The notes below the pieces were generated by a model that was given only the letters and a program-made list of their open reading frames with translations, had not been told where the DNA came from and ran no database searches. A program made the position numbers and the translations under genes. Shown piece by piece: positions 52,280 to 64,000 of a stretch of 64,000 nt of DNA; the first letter of the stretch is position 1; each line of letters opens with the position of its first letter. Origin of the DNA: a bacterium (lineage in GTDB: Bacteria; UBA8248); the NCBI GenBank assembly GCA_965213685.1, contig CBDBZY010000064.1, positions 1,344,001 to 1,408,000 of the forward strand, written 5' to 3'.

Positions 52280-55200
52280 TGCTAAGAGGATCAGGAGGTA
52301 TCTTGCTACACATTAAGGAAGGAATTCACAATGATGTTGTGATCATGAATGACATGTACGCAGATGACAGAATATGGATTAAACTATTTGCCTTGACAAA
52401 GTATGAAGATTGGAATGACATATATTGCTGCTTCTGTTACATGCTTCCAAGTGATTCAATGGCTACAGTTTGTGAAAGTTCACAGAGGCATGTGTTTGAA
52501 GCTGAAATAATGAAATATTTAATAAAGGGAAGCATCCTTTTGTGTGGAGATCTGAATGCACGTACAGGGAATATTGCTGACTACATAAAATATGACTCTC
52601 CAGTTACTCCTACATGTATAGATTATGTGGTGGATATGGAGGAACCCCGCGTATCAACGGATATGTCAGTGAACACACGACGCAAAAATCTTTTCGACCT
52701 ATGTATCAGTTCTAAGCTGAGAATTGTTAATGGAAGGCATGCAGGAGATAAAGAGGGGGGTTACACATGTTACACACCACGAGGCTGCAGTGTGGTAGAT
52801 TATCTCGTATCAACTGATATACTTCACAAAATATCTCATTTCTGTGTGGCCAGCCTGGAGACGTACTCAGATCATTGTCCCCTTATATTTTCAGTGGAGA
52901 ATACTTTTATTTCCCAAGTGCAGGAGGAAGGGGCAAAAGGAATGTGCAACACCATTACAATATCTGGCTCAGCCTCTTACCTGGAATGAAGAAGTATGTG
53001 TGAAATTCAAAAGAAAACTGGAAGAGAACGCAACAATAAATCATATAAAGAAATTAGAAGAGGTCCTCGACAAAGTTAATGTTAATGCAGCAGCAGAAAA
53101 AATGACAACATTGTTGAAGATGATAGTGGAAGAATGTTGCAATACACATAAACCAAACAGAAGTACTCATCATATTGCTCCAACAACAGATAAAACTCGA
53201 ATATTTCCACGCAATAAATGGCTTGATGATGTTTGCAAGGAACAAAGGCGTATACTCAGTGTTGCAAAAAAACTGTTTCTAGAGAAACCAATGGATAGTG
53301 CTGTGAGAAGAATTTTATAGACAGAGAAAGGCATACAAGAAACCAATTAAGTACAAAAAGTTGGGTGTGCAGTTAAAACTACATAAGAAATTACTCAGTA
53401 CAGTGAACAGAAAACCTAGTGACTTCTGGAACATTGTAAATCTCAAAGCAACCAGTAAAAGTAGTACACTTTCTGTTGATCCCAAGATGCTTCTCTTACA
53501 CTTCAAGCAATTAAATATGGTCAATGTATGTTTGAATTTAGAGCCTTCAAGTTCTTCCAACAATTGTCTGTATGTACCAGAACTGGATGACAACATTGAG
53601 AGTGGAGAGGTCATGTTGGCAATTAAGAGTATGAAATCAGGAAAATCTCCAGGTGATGATGGAATCCCACCAGGTGTATACAAAGCCTTAAATGAACGAC
53701 TGGTCAACCTACTCACCATCCTGTTCAATCAGGTTTTGCGAACTGGTGAATATCCTGCTTCTTGGTCTACTGGAGTTATATGCCCTATTCACAAGGCAGG
53801 TGCCAAATGGGACCCTAATAATTATAGAGGAATAACACTACTCAACTGTATTGGAAAGCTCTTCACTACTGTGTTATTCAACAGACTTAATGACTGGGCT
53901 GAAATGAGAGGTCTACTACCTGAAACACAATTTGGATTTCGGAAGAATCGGAGAACAACAGATTGTCTGTTTATCCTTAACAGTCTCATTCAAAGTGCAA
54001 AGTTGCAAAAGAGAGCTCTCTTTGCCTGTTTTGTGGATTTCAGTAAAGCTTTTGATAATGTGAATCACAATTTATTATGGAATAAACTGGTTGCATTAGG
54101 AATAAGTCAGCAGTGCCTTAAAGTAATCAAATCAGTGTATCTCCAGGCTGTATCGAGAGTCAGAGTGTCCAGGTGTGAGAGTACAGAGCCATTTCCATGT
54201 CAGAAAGGTGTGAGACAAGGATGCAACCTTAGCCCACTACTCTTCAGCCTATTCATAAGCGATCTGGAGTCAGACATTTTGGGCAACCATGATGGGGCTC
54301 AATTAAATGATATGTTTTTAAGTATATTTAATGTTTGCAGACGATGTTTTGCTATTGTCTCCAAGTGCAAATGGTTTGAGAAAACACCTGAGCTCCCTGC
54401 AAACATTCTGTCACAAGTGGAACCTAAGAATCAATACTGAGAAAACTAAGATTTGCATATTTGGTAACAATCATGATAAATTGCCATTCTTCTGGGAAGG
54501 TATCCCACTGGAGAGAGTGAGTGCATACAAGTATCTGGGAGTGTGGATAACATCAAATGGGAATTCAGGACAGCTAAAAGACATCTTAGTAATCAAGGAA
54601 AAAAAGCAGTTTTTTCCCTTAAATCAGCACTCTTCAAGCTGCACTACCCTCCAGTCCCAGTGGCCTTAAAACTTTATGATGTAATGATTGTACCCATTCT
54701 ATGTTATGGTTGTGAGTTATGGGGGTTTCATGAGGACAAGGATTTGGAGAGAGTTGAAGACCACTACCTTAAGTTTGTTCTTTACCTCCCACCTAATGCA
54801 ACTACAGCAGCTATTCGAGGTGAACTTGGTCAACTACCTATCCATCTGTTATGGAAAGAGAGGATTTTGAGATACTGGAACAGACTCTGCTCAGAGGATA
54901 CTCCAGTACTACTCAGACATGCAATTCTTCATCTAAAGCACTTGCTTGAAAAAGGCAAACAATGTTGGCTAACCAAGGTGCAAGCAATATTTGAGGGGGC
55001 AGGTTTTGCTTCTGCCTTTACATATAACGGCTGTGACAAAGAGTTAACCAACTTAATAATGCTACGTTACCGAGACCAGTACATCCAATCCTGGTATCAG
55101 AAGCTCCATAGAATAACTAGTACAAGAGGAAGTGGTGGAAATAAGTTAAGAACCTATCAACTTTTGAAAAGCAAGTTTGAGCAGGAACCATATTTATCTA

Positions 55201-55627
55201 TCGTGGCAAATGTAAAGCATAGAGTGGCTCTCACTCGATTAAGACTAAGCTGCCATCGCCTTGAAATTAAAGTCGGCAGGTATCATAAGCCAACACCTAC
55301 TCCTGTACCCCTTCGGCTGTGTTGGAGATGCCAGATGGTGGAAGACGAGATACACCTCATTTGTGTGTGTCCCAGATTCTCGACATTATGTCAGGAACTT
55401 TTTGCAATGGTTCATGCTTATTATCCGCCTTTCCAGTGGCTCAGCACAACTGACAAGTTCATACATCTGCTAACATCCACAAATGTGCACATTCTACGTG
55501 AACTATCTGCTTTTGTGTATAAGTCATTTAAATTGCATTCGTGTACCACTGCATGACAAATAAGCCACCGCGGCTTCCGTTGTCAATAAAAGTATTAGTA
55601 TTATATTATTATTATTATTATTATAAT
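52280..55627 (+). mobile_element. RTE-X-like LINE ORF2 (APE endonuclease, RT, C-terminal Cys/His motif), frameshifted, with (ATT)n tail
   Basis: CGDLNART, SVVDY, SDHCPL (APE); NYRGITLL, FVDFSKAFD, GVRQGCNLSPLLF, FADD, KYLG (RT); RLRLSCHRLEIKVGRY...CWRCQMVEDEIHLICVC. Split over five ORFs; aataaa then att repeats at 55595-55627. Clade assignment is inference. Confidence 0.9.
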
Positions 55628-56023
55628 TAGCATGAAGTCATAGAGTTTCATTTGGAGGGGGGCATTTGCCCCCACTTGGAAATTTTTTTCAAGATCACTA
55701 TCACAACACACACCACATACCAAGGTTGGTAGGCCTCTACCATCTTCTTTTGTGCCAAGTGTCATACACAGGAGACATACGTCTGCATATGTAGTAGCAT
55801 GGATAGAAGGTCGTGGATGAGTTATGGAAGCTAACATCTCTTTGCACCAGTTTCCAACACAAGCTGTTTCAAGGCTAGAGCCTAGTACCATAGATATTTA
55901 CCTTACGTTACGTAAATATCTATGCTAGTACTTGCACGTGTGATGAACTAGCAATCCCATGACTTGTGTGAAGGGTTGAAATGTCTAGGAATTGACTAAT
56001 TCCCAGACCACCTCGCTACACTG

Positions 56024-56963
56024 TAGTCTCGCGAGCAGACGGGCTATGGCTAGTCTCGTAAACCACGCCTCTCAACCTGCGGAAGAGAGTCTGGCAAACA
56101 TGCTTACATTGAGTCGTGCGAGGCTGTCCACAAAAATCGTTGACAATCAATTAGATGCGTGGTTGCGGTTTAGCGGCGTAGGCCTGTGTGAACGCGTACA
56201 AGTGCAACAACACTCGTGACACAGGCCACGTTACAGCTTGCGCACAACGACTCTACTGAAGATGCTGCGCTGCCTCCGTAGGGGAGTTGTGCCCCTCGAT
56301 CGCCGTAGGAGAGAAACGATTCCATGGTGACAGCTGTACCACTGTTAGACGTACTCTACGAGGCTTGGAGCTATAACCTAAAGCTCGAGCACTTCTAACG
56401 ACAGCTCTACTTTTAGAATGTGTACGCATGCTTACGGCCGTGTACTTGGCTGCAGATTACTCATTACTGCGCTCAAGTGGTTTTGACAGTTGTCAGTTGT
56501 GAGTGCTAAAACCGCAGTTAGGACAAGTATACTTAACAGCCCTGACTCAGCAACACGAGTGTCCTATGCCATGTTTGTCAGACTCTGCCTTAGGGAGAGT
56601 CAGATTCATGAGATCGAGGCTAGACTATGGCCAGCATTTCGTGGACGTCGCCGGAATGTTGGCGCCACCAATCAGATTGTAGTATTCACATGATTACTAC
56701 TTTTAACCCCGTGTGTACGGCAGATGTGGCAGATAGAAAACAGAATGGCGCTCTCAGAGAAACCAATCGACGATGCTGTAGCCACTGCAGCAAGACCATC
56801 CTACAAAGAAAAGACACTGACAGATCTTTGACCTGAAGTCGCCATCTGCCACCTGCCATCTGTCTACTAATGGCGCAAAGGTGTTAACTACGCAAGCTCA
56901 CTTTCCTCCAGTTGCTGGTCACCAGACGTAATCTCCCGCGTATTACGTCTGCTCGCGAGACAA
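56024..56963. mobile_element. Academ-type non-autonomous element with 9-bp TSD, containing a nested Academ-type element (56051-56622)
   Basis: gctacactg|tagtctcgcgagcagacg ... cgtctgctcgcgagacaa|gctacactg; inner ggctatggc|tagtctcg ... cgaggcta|gactatggc. Confidence 0.8.
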
Positions 56964-58399
56964 GCTACACTGTATAAATCATAACCATGAAAAACTTAAT
57001 ATGTACTCTAGGGGTTAGAACTTAGTGGTTGATGACACGCGACTATATATAAAAAACGTGCCCAAATTAAGAATCGCTCCATTCCGTGGTTTAGTCGGTT
57101 CGTTCCGTAAAATAGACGCGGCCTCTCAATGACGTCATATCGTGCTAGTTACTATACTGAGCTGTATATAAGTCACGTTCGCTGACAAAACCACTGCGAT
57201 TCAGTTTGAAGGTGACCTGATACGTTCGCAGGGCTCCTAATAAAACAGTCCAGACTAACATAATCGCAGAGTACAGTAAGTTCACTGTGTTTGGGTTCAT
57301 TGATCTTTTGTATTCATAAGGGACTGGAATATTGTTGGTCAACTCCGTCGCGCCTGTTTATCATCATACACGTATATGGGAACGCATAGGCCGCGAAAGC
57401 AGGGGGGCTTTAGGGCTGAAGCTCCCCCAATACTTACTTAGGGCACCCCATTGGCCCTGACTGAAGATACGCACCTCGAGCACCATGGCTTTCTCGCGGT
57501 AAAAAGCCTTGCGTGTCCATATGGGCTCGCACCAGTATACGAACGCGGTATGTATTGTATGATAGGTGCATTGAGAACGTTGTACTTCACGTGGCATAAA
57601 GGTCAAAAACTGCAAACCCTAATTGCTTAGGCGTACACTTGTGAGACTCATGCACGCTAGCTGAGAAACTGTAGCTAGCAAAGTTTATCATCAAGCGTCC
57701 GCCGCCAATGTGGTTTCTAATCAAACTACGAGAACCTTCACTATTGAAATTATCGTACACAATGCCACTACATTGTAAACGACTAAAGGAAGTGGCGTTG
57801 TTATGGTGAACAGAAGGTGGCGCAATGATGAGATTATAGTCATTTCTAAATGAATACATTAGATACGAGTGATTTTAAATGAATACATTAGATGCGAGAG
57901 ATGAACTGTCGCTGATAAGGGGTGTGGGGGTATATTCACAAGCGTACAATTGCTACAGTTGACATGCTTGTCATTTGTCAGCTTTCCGTGAACTGTATTC
58001 ATTTGTGACCAATGCTAAGGGCTGCTTAGCAGGACCCTCACCTGCGTCCGCCCGAGAGTGTAGCATCTGTTGAGCGATTTCTTACCTCATTATTGCCTAC
58101 TGTCACGTGATTGTCATGAATATGTTCCACCTATTCTCGGCTGTATTTACACAACATGTACTGTTGAAAATAATCCCAGTGTAATATATTATGTTGGTAC
58201 TATACATGGGGAGATTCTACGCAAGAACTTTGACCTTGCGTAAAACCTTCCCATGTAAAGAACACCACCTATATGGTACATGGAAAGATTTTATGCAAGA
58301 ACTTTGACCTTGCATGAAACCTTTCCACGAAATGAACATCAAGCCACATGACATGGGAGCCCAGTTTTTAAGTGTGACCTTTGACCTCATGTAAAATCT

Positions 58400-58850
58400 T
58401 CTGTTAGAAAAGGAAGGGGGCTGATAATGCTGCTGCATCCTCCCATCCATGTAAGAAATCTTTGACCTAATCTTGCTGTAAGTAAACATTTCAATACTAA
58501 AGTGTGACTGGCTTATAGATTAAAACTGTCCTCATTGGGAAAATTCCCTTAAAATTTATTGCACAAATCTAACTGGGGCTGGGGGCAGTTAGGGATAGCA
58601 ATTGAAAACATCAATGTATACCTAAAAAGTACGACTATTCCCCATGCTGAAAAGCAGCTATGATTCTTCTCTACCAAGAGAAAAAAAACAATAGGACTAA
58701 GAAGCCATCCAAGAAACACAGCAGTGCAGATTACATGTTTCAAATGCAGGCACCACCTTCTGCATGTGCTGTATGTCTTGAAGACAACAGTGAACATGAT
58801 TTTGTGAATTGGGTAGAGTGCTGTTTTGTCAGATGTAGCTTCATACAAAA
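58400..58850 (+). pseudogene. Possible degenerate pogo/DDE_1-type transposase C-terminus with PHD-like finger
   Basis: CAVCLEDNSEHDFVNWVECC in ORF 58660..59004 after a basic patch; upstream LLHPPIHVRNL*PNLAV loosely resembles LPPH..H.LQPLD. Confidence 0.35.
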
Positions 58851-59148
58851 TGTGCTCATTGTGAAAGTGAAAGGTCTAGTGATTACACTTGCACACTGTA
58901 TCACTGCAGACACCAGTAGTGAACTAATTCTTGGTCAAAAACCTTTGTATTTTAGAACTATTACCTACGCAGATGCAGAGTTTTATGTAGTGGTGGATCC
59001 ATGATGTAGTTGTATACCGATCGCAGCTGTTACAACCTGGAACACCCTTTTCTCCACTACTACGACCTGTTGTTCGTGTAGCACGACGACGTAGTTAGTA
59101 ACGATCTAGAGAAATAATTCGAGACATAAACTGAAGTACCGTACTGAG

Positions 59149-59210
59149 TAGTCTCGCTAGCCAGACCCTCAACCCTCTCTCGTAGCGTGAGGGTCTGGCT
59201 AGCGAAACTA
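59149..59210. mobile_element. 62-bp minimal Academ-type MITE
   Basis: cgtactgag|tagtctcgctagccagaccctca ... tgagggtctggctagcgaaacta|cgtactgag (exact 9-bp TSD). Confidence 0.85.
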
Positions 59211-59360
59211 CGTACTGAGCTAACTATCTACTGAAGGTGGAGGGCTAGGCCTCCTTCGAGACGTTTCTTCGGGGTCTAAACATCCTAGAGGTTTGTCCGT
59301 TCGAAACGGGTTAAACACCCTGGGTAACCTTCTGTCTTTATATTATGGCTGGTCTACCAC

Positions 59361-59582
59361 CAGGAGCCCATATGTGCCGCGAAGCGGCGCCAAGGAGCTG
59401 AGAACAGCGATGTCCTAAACGGGAACTTTGACCTCTCTGTCATTGACCAGTTGGAGAACCCACACTACCGTTACACCTGTTGTACACTTATGTAGCTTCT
59501 GTAGCAGCTGTTACGTAACTGTGTGCCAAATAACGCTATCATGCGCTGTTGGACGCCGCTTCACGGCGCTTATGGGCTCCTG
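59361..59582. mobile_element. P-like MITE with 7-bp TSD
   Basis: ctaccac|caggagccca ... tgggctcctg|ctaccac; interior homologous to 4345-4634. Confidence 0.82.
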
Positions 59583-59798
59583 CTACCACGAAAGCCCTGT
59601 ATAGCCATGCCGACTTTCCACTGCCAGCCTGTCGATACGAAGACGTCTTGGCCCTTCACGAACTCTTTCGCGGCCTCCAGCTGTTCTGCCTTTACCACTG
59701 GATAGCCAAGTTGGCTAAACGCTGCTGCAATTGCTGCCTCAATGTCTTCGTTCTCGCTTCTTTGGTGCGCTGCGTGTGAAACGAATCTCGTTATGTAC

Positions 59799-61466
59799 AG
59801 ACTTGCTCATGAGATTAAAATTGCGGGTTCACCCCAAGTGCAGCGTTAACCCTCTCTTCGCGCACTTTCATAGCCACTGAAATACAAGATCAAGGTGTTG
59901 GAAGTATGCAGCACCTCGAGGTAAAGAAAGTAGATGTCTAATTTTGGTATAGCTTCATACGCAAAATGCGCATTTTGGCCCTTGTGTAGCGGCGTAGGGG
60001 GAAGTAGACTGCCAAAACTAAGATCTTCTCACACGTCACGTTTGTAGTATTATATAAACGGTGGACACAGGCCTAAATTTGCAGGGTTCATAGAGAGGGT
60101 TGCACCCTGGGACCCCCCCCCTGAAATTCAGGTTTGTACTCTAACATCATTAGATTATAAGCAAGTGAAAGCATTTTGATAGCAGATGGAAATTGGTAGA
60201 GCATACGGTTTCCATAGGAATAATAGCTACCAGGCTCACTTATAAAGTGTTGGCTTAGTTCATACAAATTTTGGCACTGCAGAAAGCGTTGCACGTTATT
60301 GTGACTTAACAATTCTGCAATGCCCCCCCTTCCCCCTCCCCTAGCAAAATATAATCCTAATTTGTGTTACAAAAGATTTTGAACTAACTGGCTGCTTAGT
60401 ACTTCCAAGTCAAGTGTTTGGTGCAATGTGAGCTGTGTGCCCTTTGATCTAAAATACCAAGGGATCTAACACATACTACCAGCTGTATATACTGTGGCTT
60501 ACAGGATTATTCTGAACTCCAGTTAACTCTGTGCATGATTATGATGGCATGAGTACACCATCAGATGGAGTGCAGTGACGTGATCAGTAAATAGGTTTAA
60601 GATAAGTCAATGGAGAGAGTGATATGTACTTCTGATAGCTGTGGAGGACCTGGAGCAAAGATATTGTGAACATCACTTTTCACTTTGTGTATACATCTTT
60701 GAGCGTATAGTGAAGAACGGAGCTGGGAATTAATGGATGTGGTACAAGCCATGTAAGTAAGAAGTATCAGGATCCCTGAAGTTCCGGATAACTTTCACTT
60801 TGAGATACTCTACAATGAAGCAGAAGCCATTTTGATCTGAGAGTTGCCATAAATGCTCACAATATCCTTGCTCCTCCACAGTGTCATATCCCTTGGTATA
60901 GTTAGGCAAGACCAATGCTCATCTCCTCCACAGCTGACAAGTGTGTCAGATCCCTTGCTATATTACATCAAAAGCACACAGCTCACTTAACTTGGAAGTA
61001 CTATGCAGCCAGTTAGTTCAAAGCCTTTGTAAGTGGGTATGAAGCTATACCAAAATTATCATGGTTTAACGTCTACTTTCTTTACCTCGAGATGCTGCAT
61101 ACTTCTTTACACATACTTCTAACACACGATGTGAGATGCTGCATGCTTCTAACACACACTTCTAACACACGGATCCTTTGAGAAGAGCGCTTAGTTTTGG
61201 CAGTCTACTTCCCCCTACGCCGCGACAGAAATGCGCATTCTGCGTATGAAGGTATTCCTAAATTATCATGCTTAGACGTCTACTTTCTTTACCTCGAGAT
61301 GCTACATATCTACTTCTAACACACCGTGTGAGATGCTGCATACTTCTAACACATACTTTAACACACGGATCCTGTATATCAGTGATGAGTGATGTGAAAG
61401 TGCGCGAAGAGAGGGTTAACGCTACACTTGGGGTAAACCCGCAATTTTTATCTCATGAGCAAGTCT
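59799..61466. mobile_element. Foldback element of about 1.67 kb with long imperfect TIRs
   Basis: agacttgctcatgagattaaaattgcggg...gttaaccctctcttcgcgcactttca is mirrored at 61392-61466; inner inverted pair at about 60375-60470 and 60945-61030; local duplication within the right arm. Confidence 0.75.
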
Positions 61467-61564
61467 ACGCAGGAGGTTAAAGGTCAACCAACAGGCTCGC
61501 ATTTGTCGCTGTGTAGGTCAAGTTCAAGACGTAACATTATGAGCAAAGGGGTGAAGCAGCAAGC

Positions 61565-61597
<33 letters not shown>

Positions 61598-61639
61598 AGG
61601 GGGGGGAACAGTGTTTCTCAACTGCCTCTACGTTCATCA

Positions 61640-63100
61640 GCGCCTCCTCATGGTGACCCCTGGGCATGTAGACTACTCACTTGTGCCATTGGCAGAACGC
61701 TGACGGCAAGTTTGGATCATCAACTCATGCCGAGCTTGTTCACTCCAGGTGGGCTTGCAACTCACAGAAGTTGTTGGCAGGTCATACAAAACCATACAAA
61801 AGATTGCAAGTCAACTGGTTAACTAATAGGTATGATGTATCAAGACTCAAAGGCAGCAGCGTGGATGACAATAGGGAGCTTACTGCCAAAGGCCTCTTCC
61901 AAGACAGGGTAGTGGGGTCATTGAAGCAAGCATGGAGGGCTGATGCCTCAGCTGACAAGAAGTGGACATTATTCATTATTGAAGACAACCTGTGTCACAC
62001 TGCTGAACTGACACTTGGAAGAGAGATCAAGAGGAACCCAGACTGGTTTACAGAGAGCAAGGATGACCTTGAACCTTAAGGAAGAGCAAGGAGGCTCATT
62101 TGCAGTGGCTCAACACTGGAAAGGAAAGGGATAAGAAAGAATTCAGGAACGTGGAGAGGCCAGGTGAGCCAGAAGGAGAGCAAAGAACTTGTGGTTCCAG
62201 AAGAAGGCTGCAGAAGCCCAAGATTGGAAGAATGGGAGAAAGGTAGTGTGGAGGTTTATTTGAGACATCCAGGGAGGGAGAATGGGGACTGGCTTCAGTG
62301 AAGTATGTGAGGGTGCGTGATGAGGAGGGAAGGGAATGCAGCACTCCACAGCAACAGAAAGAGAGATGGCAAAGGCACTTCTCCAGGATCTTAAACATCC
62401 AAAGCCAGTTTGATGAAGAGGAGATAAAGAAGGCTAAACAATGGTCACTGAGGAAAAACCTGGAAGAGCCCCCTCAGAGGAAGAACAGCTATTTGGAAGT
62501 TAAAATCAGGGAAAGCAGCAGAACAGTCAGGAATCCTTCCAGAAATGGTGAAGTCTGCAAGCTTGGAAGGAAGAGAGAGTTTCCAGGGACTAGGTAAAAG
62601 CCATACTGGTACCAATCTCTAAGAAGAGCGACCTCCATGGCTGTGGTAATTGGAGAGGAATTGCACAAACAATACAGGTGCAGCACCTCAGCCTCAAGCC
62701 ATTTTCAACATTAGTGTCATCAAGTAGATCTCCCTCACTTACCTTCATGTCAGAGTGAAAGGAACGCACCAGCTGAATAACATTCCTGGGCACAGAGTTG
62801 TAGGCCTTCTTGAGGTCGATGTAACTCAAGAAGGACTTTGTTTGATGCTTCCAAGACTTCACCAGTTGTCAAAGGGTGAAAATCACGTCCATACAGCTCT
62901 GGCCCTTCCTGAATCCACACTGGGATTCTGGCAGCTCTTCTTCAGCCACTTCCTGCAACCTAGCTTGTAGTACTCGAGCAACAACCTTCCCCATTGCATC
63001 TAGCAGCAACCTGTACACCTGCCTTCTGATGGAATGCTGGATTTCCAGAGTGGAGGATGTGGAGGGAGCAGGTGTCCCACTCAAGTTCAAGAAGCTATTC
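61640..63100 (+). mobile_element. Degenerate RTE-group LINE fragment with an internal inversion (about 62667-63006)
   Basis: Plus strand: NPDWF, ERWQRHFSRILN, KAILVPISKKSDLHGCGNWRGIA. Minus strand: LLDAMGKVVARVLQARL...LPESQCGFRKG...IDLKKAYNSVPR. Plus strand again: NLYTCLLMECW. Confidence 0.8.
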
Positions 63101-63708
63101 AATGAGTATGGGAAGTTGAACACAGGTCTTTCACACCTCTCATTTTCAGCACATCATGTGGGATGGGCAAAGCTGCATTAGTTGCCTTCAGTCATCTGGC
63201 CTCCTTACTAAGCACCAAGAGTACAGTGTGACAAAGGGCTGGTTACATTGCTGCCTATCATTCTCCCTCCTTCAGTCTGAAGTGATGTATTTGCAGGGGT
63301 CACATTCTAGGCAGGGTTATGTCCTGCACCATACAGACATGTTTTGATCATATCTCTCTTTCTTTATATTCTCTAACTGTGTTGCACTCTGCATTGTATT
63401 TTATCTTGTCATTTAGTCTTGTGCTGGGCGCGTAGTGTGCAGAATACGCAGAAGTAATATAATTTAAAGTACACAACTCACACATGCAATGAGCTGAGAA
63501 CTGAGATCATTGACTTAGGGTACTTACTACTGCATGAGAAGGCCGCAATGAATGTGAGCGTAAGATGCCCAACGAAATGTGTGCAACTTCCACAAAATGT
63601 GAGTGTTGTGAGGTTTCTGAATATCATGTGTAGTACACGTACACGTAGAGCTAAAGATGGCTGGTACAACTGCATCCATGGACACATGAACTTAGCAGGG
63701 GAGGTTAA

Positions 63709-64000
63709 CTAGTGGATGGGACAATGAGTGAAATTTGTAGAACCCCCTAAGCTTGGAGGCTGGCTATGGGCCTGAGCTAATAATGTATGAAACCCCCTTT
63801 TATGTAGGTTGAACATTGTGATGGCTGATCCAAAGCAACTCAGTGGTACAACCAACAGTGCTCCAGTAAAACCCATTGTTCCACTAGCACAGAATGCAGA
63901 TGTAACATCTAATACAAATGTGAAGTTGACATTATCCACTGTTGACCAAAAGAAGTCTGCTGGATTATCAAATGACCACCTCCACAAGGTCTTTTCTAGA
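63709..64000 (-). CDS. Possible terminal exon of an unidentified gene extending past the window end
   Basis: Frame is open from the window edge to the stop at 63709 in non-repetitive sequence; no motif recognised. Confidence 0.25.
   Translation of the reverse strand, partial: LEKTLWRWSFDNPADFFWSTVDNVNFTFVLDVTSAFCASGTMGFTGALLVVPLSCFGSAITMFNLHKRGFHTLLAQAHSQPPSLGGSTNFTHCPIH

Noticed and set aside
48349-55556. RT ORFs as retron, DGR or other prokaryote-type RT system
   Set aside because: Motifs, APE domain and A-rich or (ATT)n tails identify ordinary non-LTR retrotransposons.

Overview
Eukaryotic, intron-containing, repeat-rich genomic DNA; the short GT-AG introns and the repeat families suggest a marine invertebrate, probably a sponge (inference). 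Read by hand through splice sites, there are three apparently intact host genes, all on the minus strand: an ankyrin-repeat gene (about 1.26-2.8 kb, ends unresolved), a kinesin with an N-terminal motor and kinesin-2-like coiled coil (about 23.9-29.5 kb) and a 4-exon PLAC8/cornifelin-family gene (32949-33702). A multi-exon G2E3-like HECT ligase pseudogene lies at 40987-46169. The rest is mostly transposon-derived: LINEs (CR1/L2 group, RTE-X-like plus an adjacent inverted copy, RTE with an internal inversion), a Penelope-type GIY-YIG fragment, and many non-autonomous DNA elements whose termini and target-site duplications (TSDs) fit Academ(H), P, Kolobok, Tc1/mariner, IS3EU, ISL2EU and possibly Helentron-like groups, often nested. 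No rRNA, tRNA or CRISPR array was recognised, and most short ORFs in the track are spurious. I found no convincing new biological system; the best leads are the hairpin-ended repeat family, the HECT/zinc-finger pseudogene as possible transposon cargo, and the nested cluster at 17-20 kb. All alignments were done by eye.
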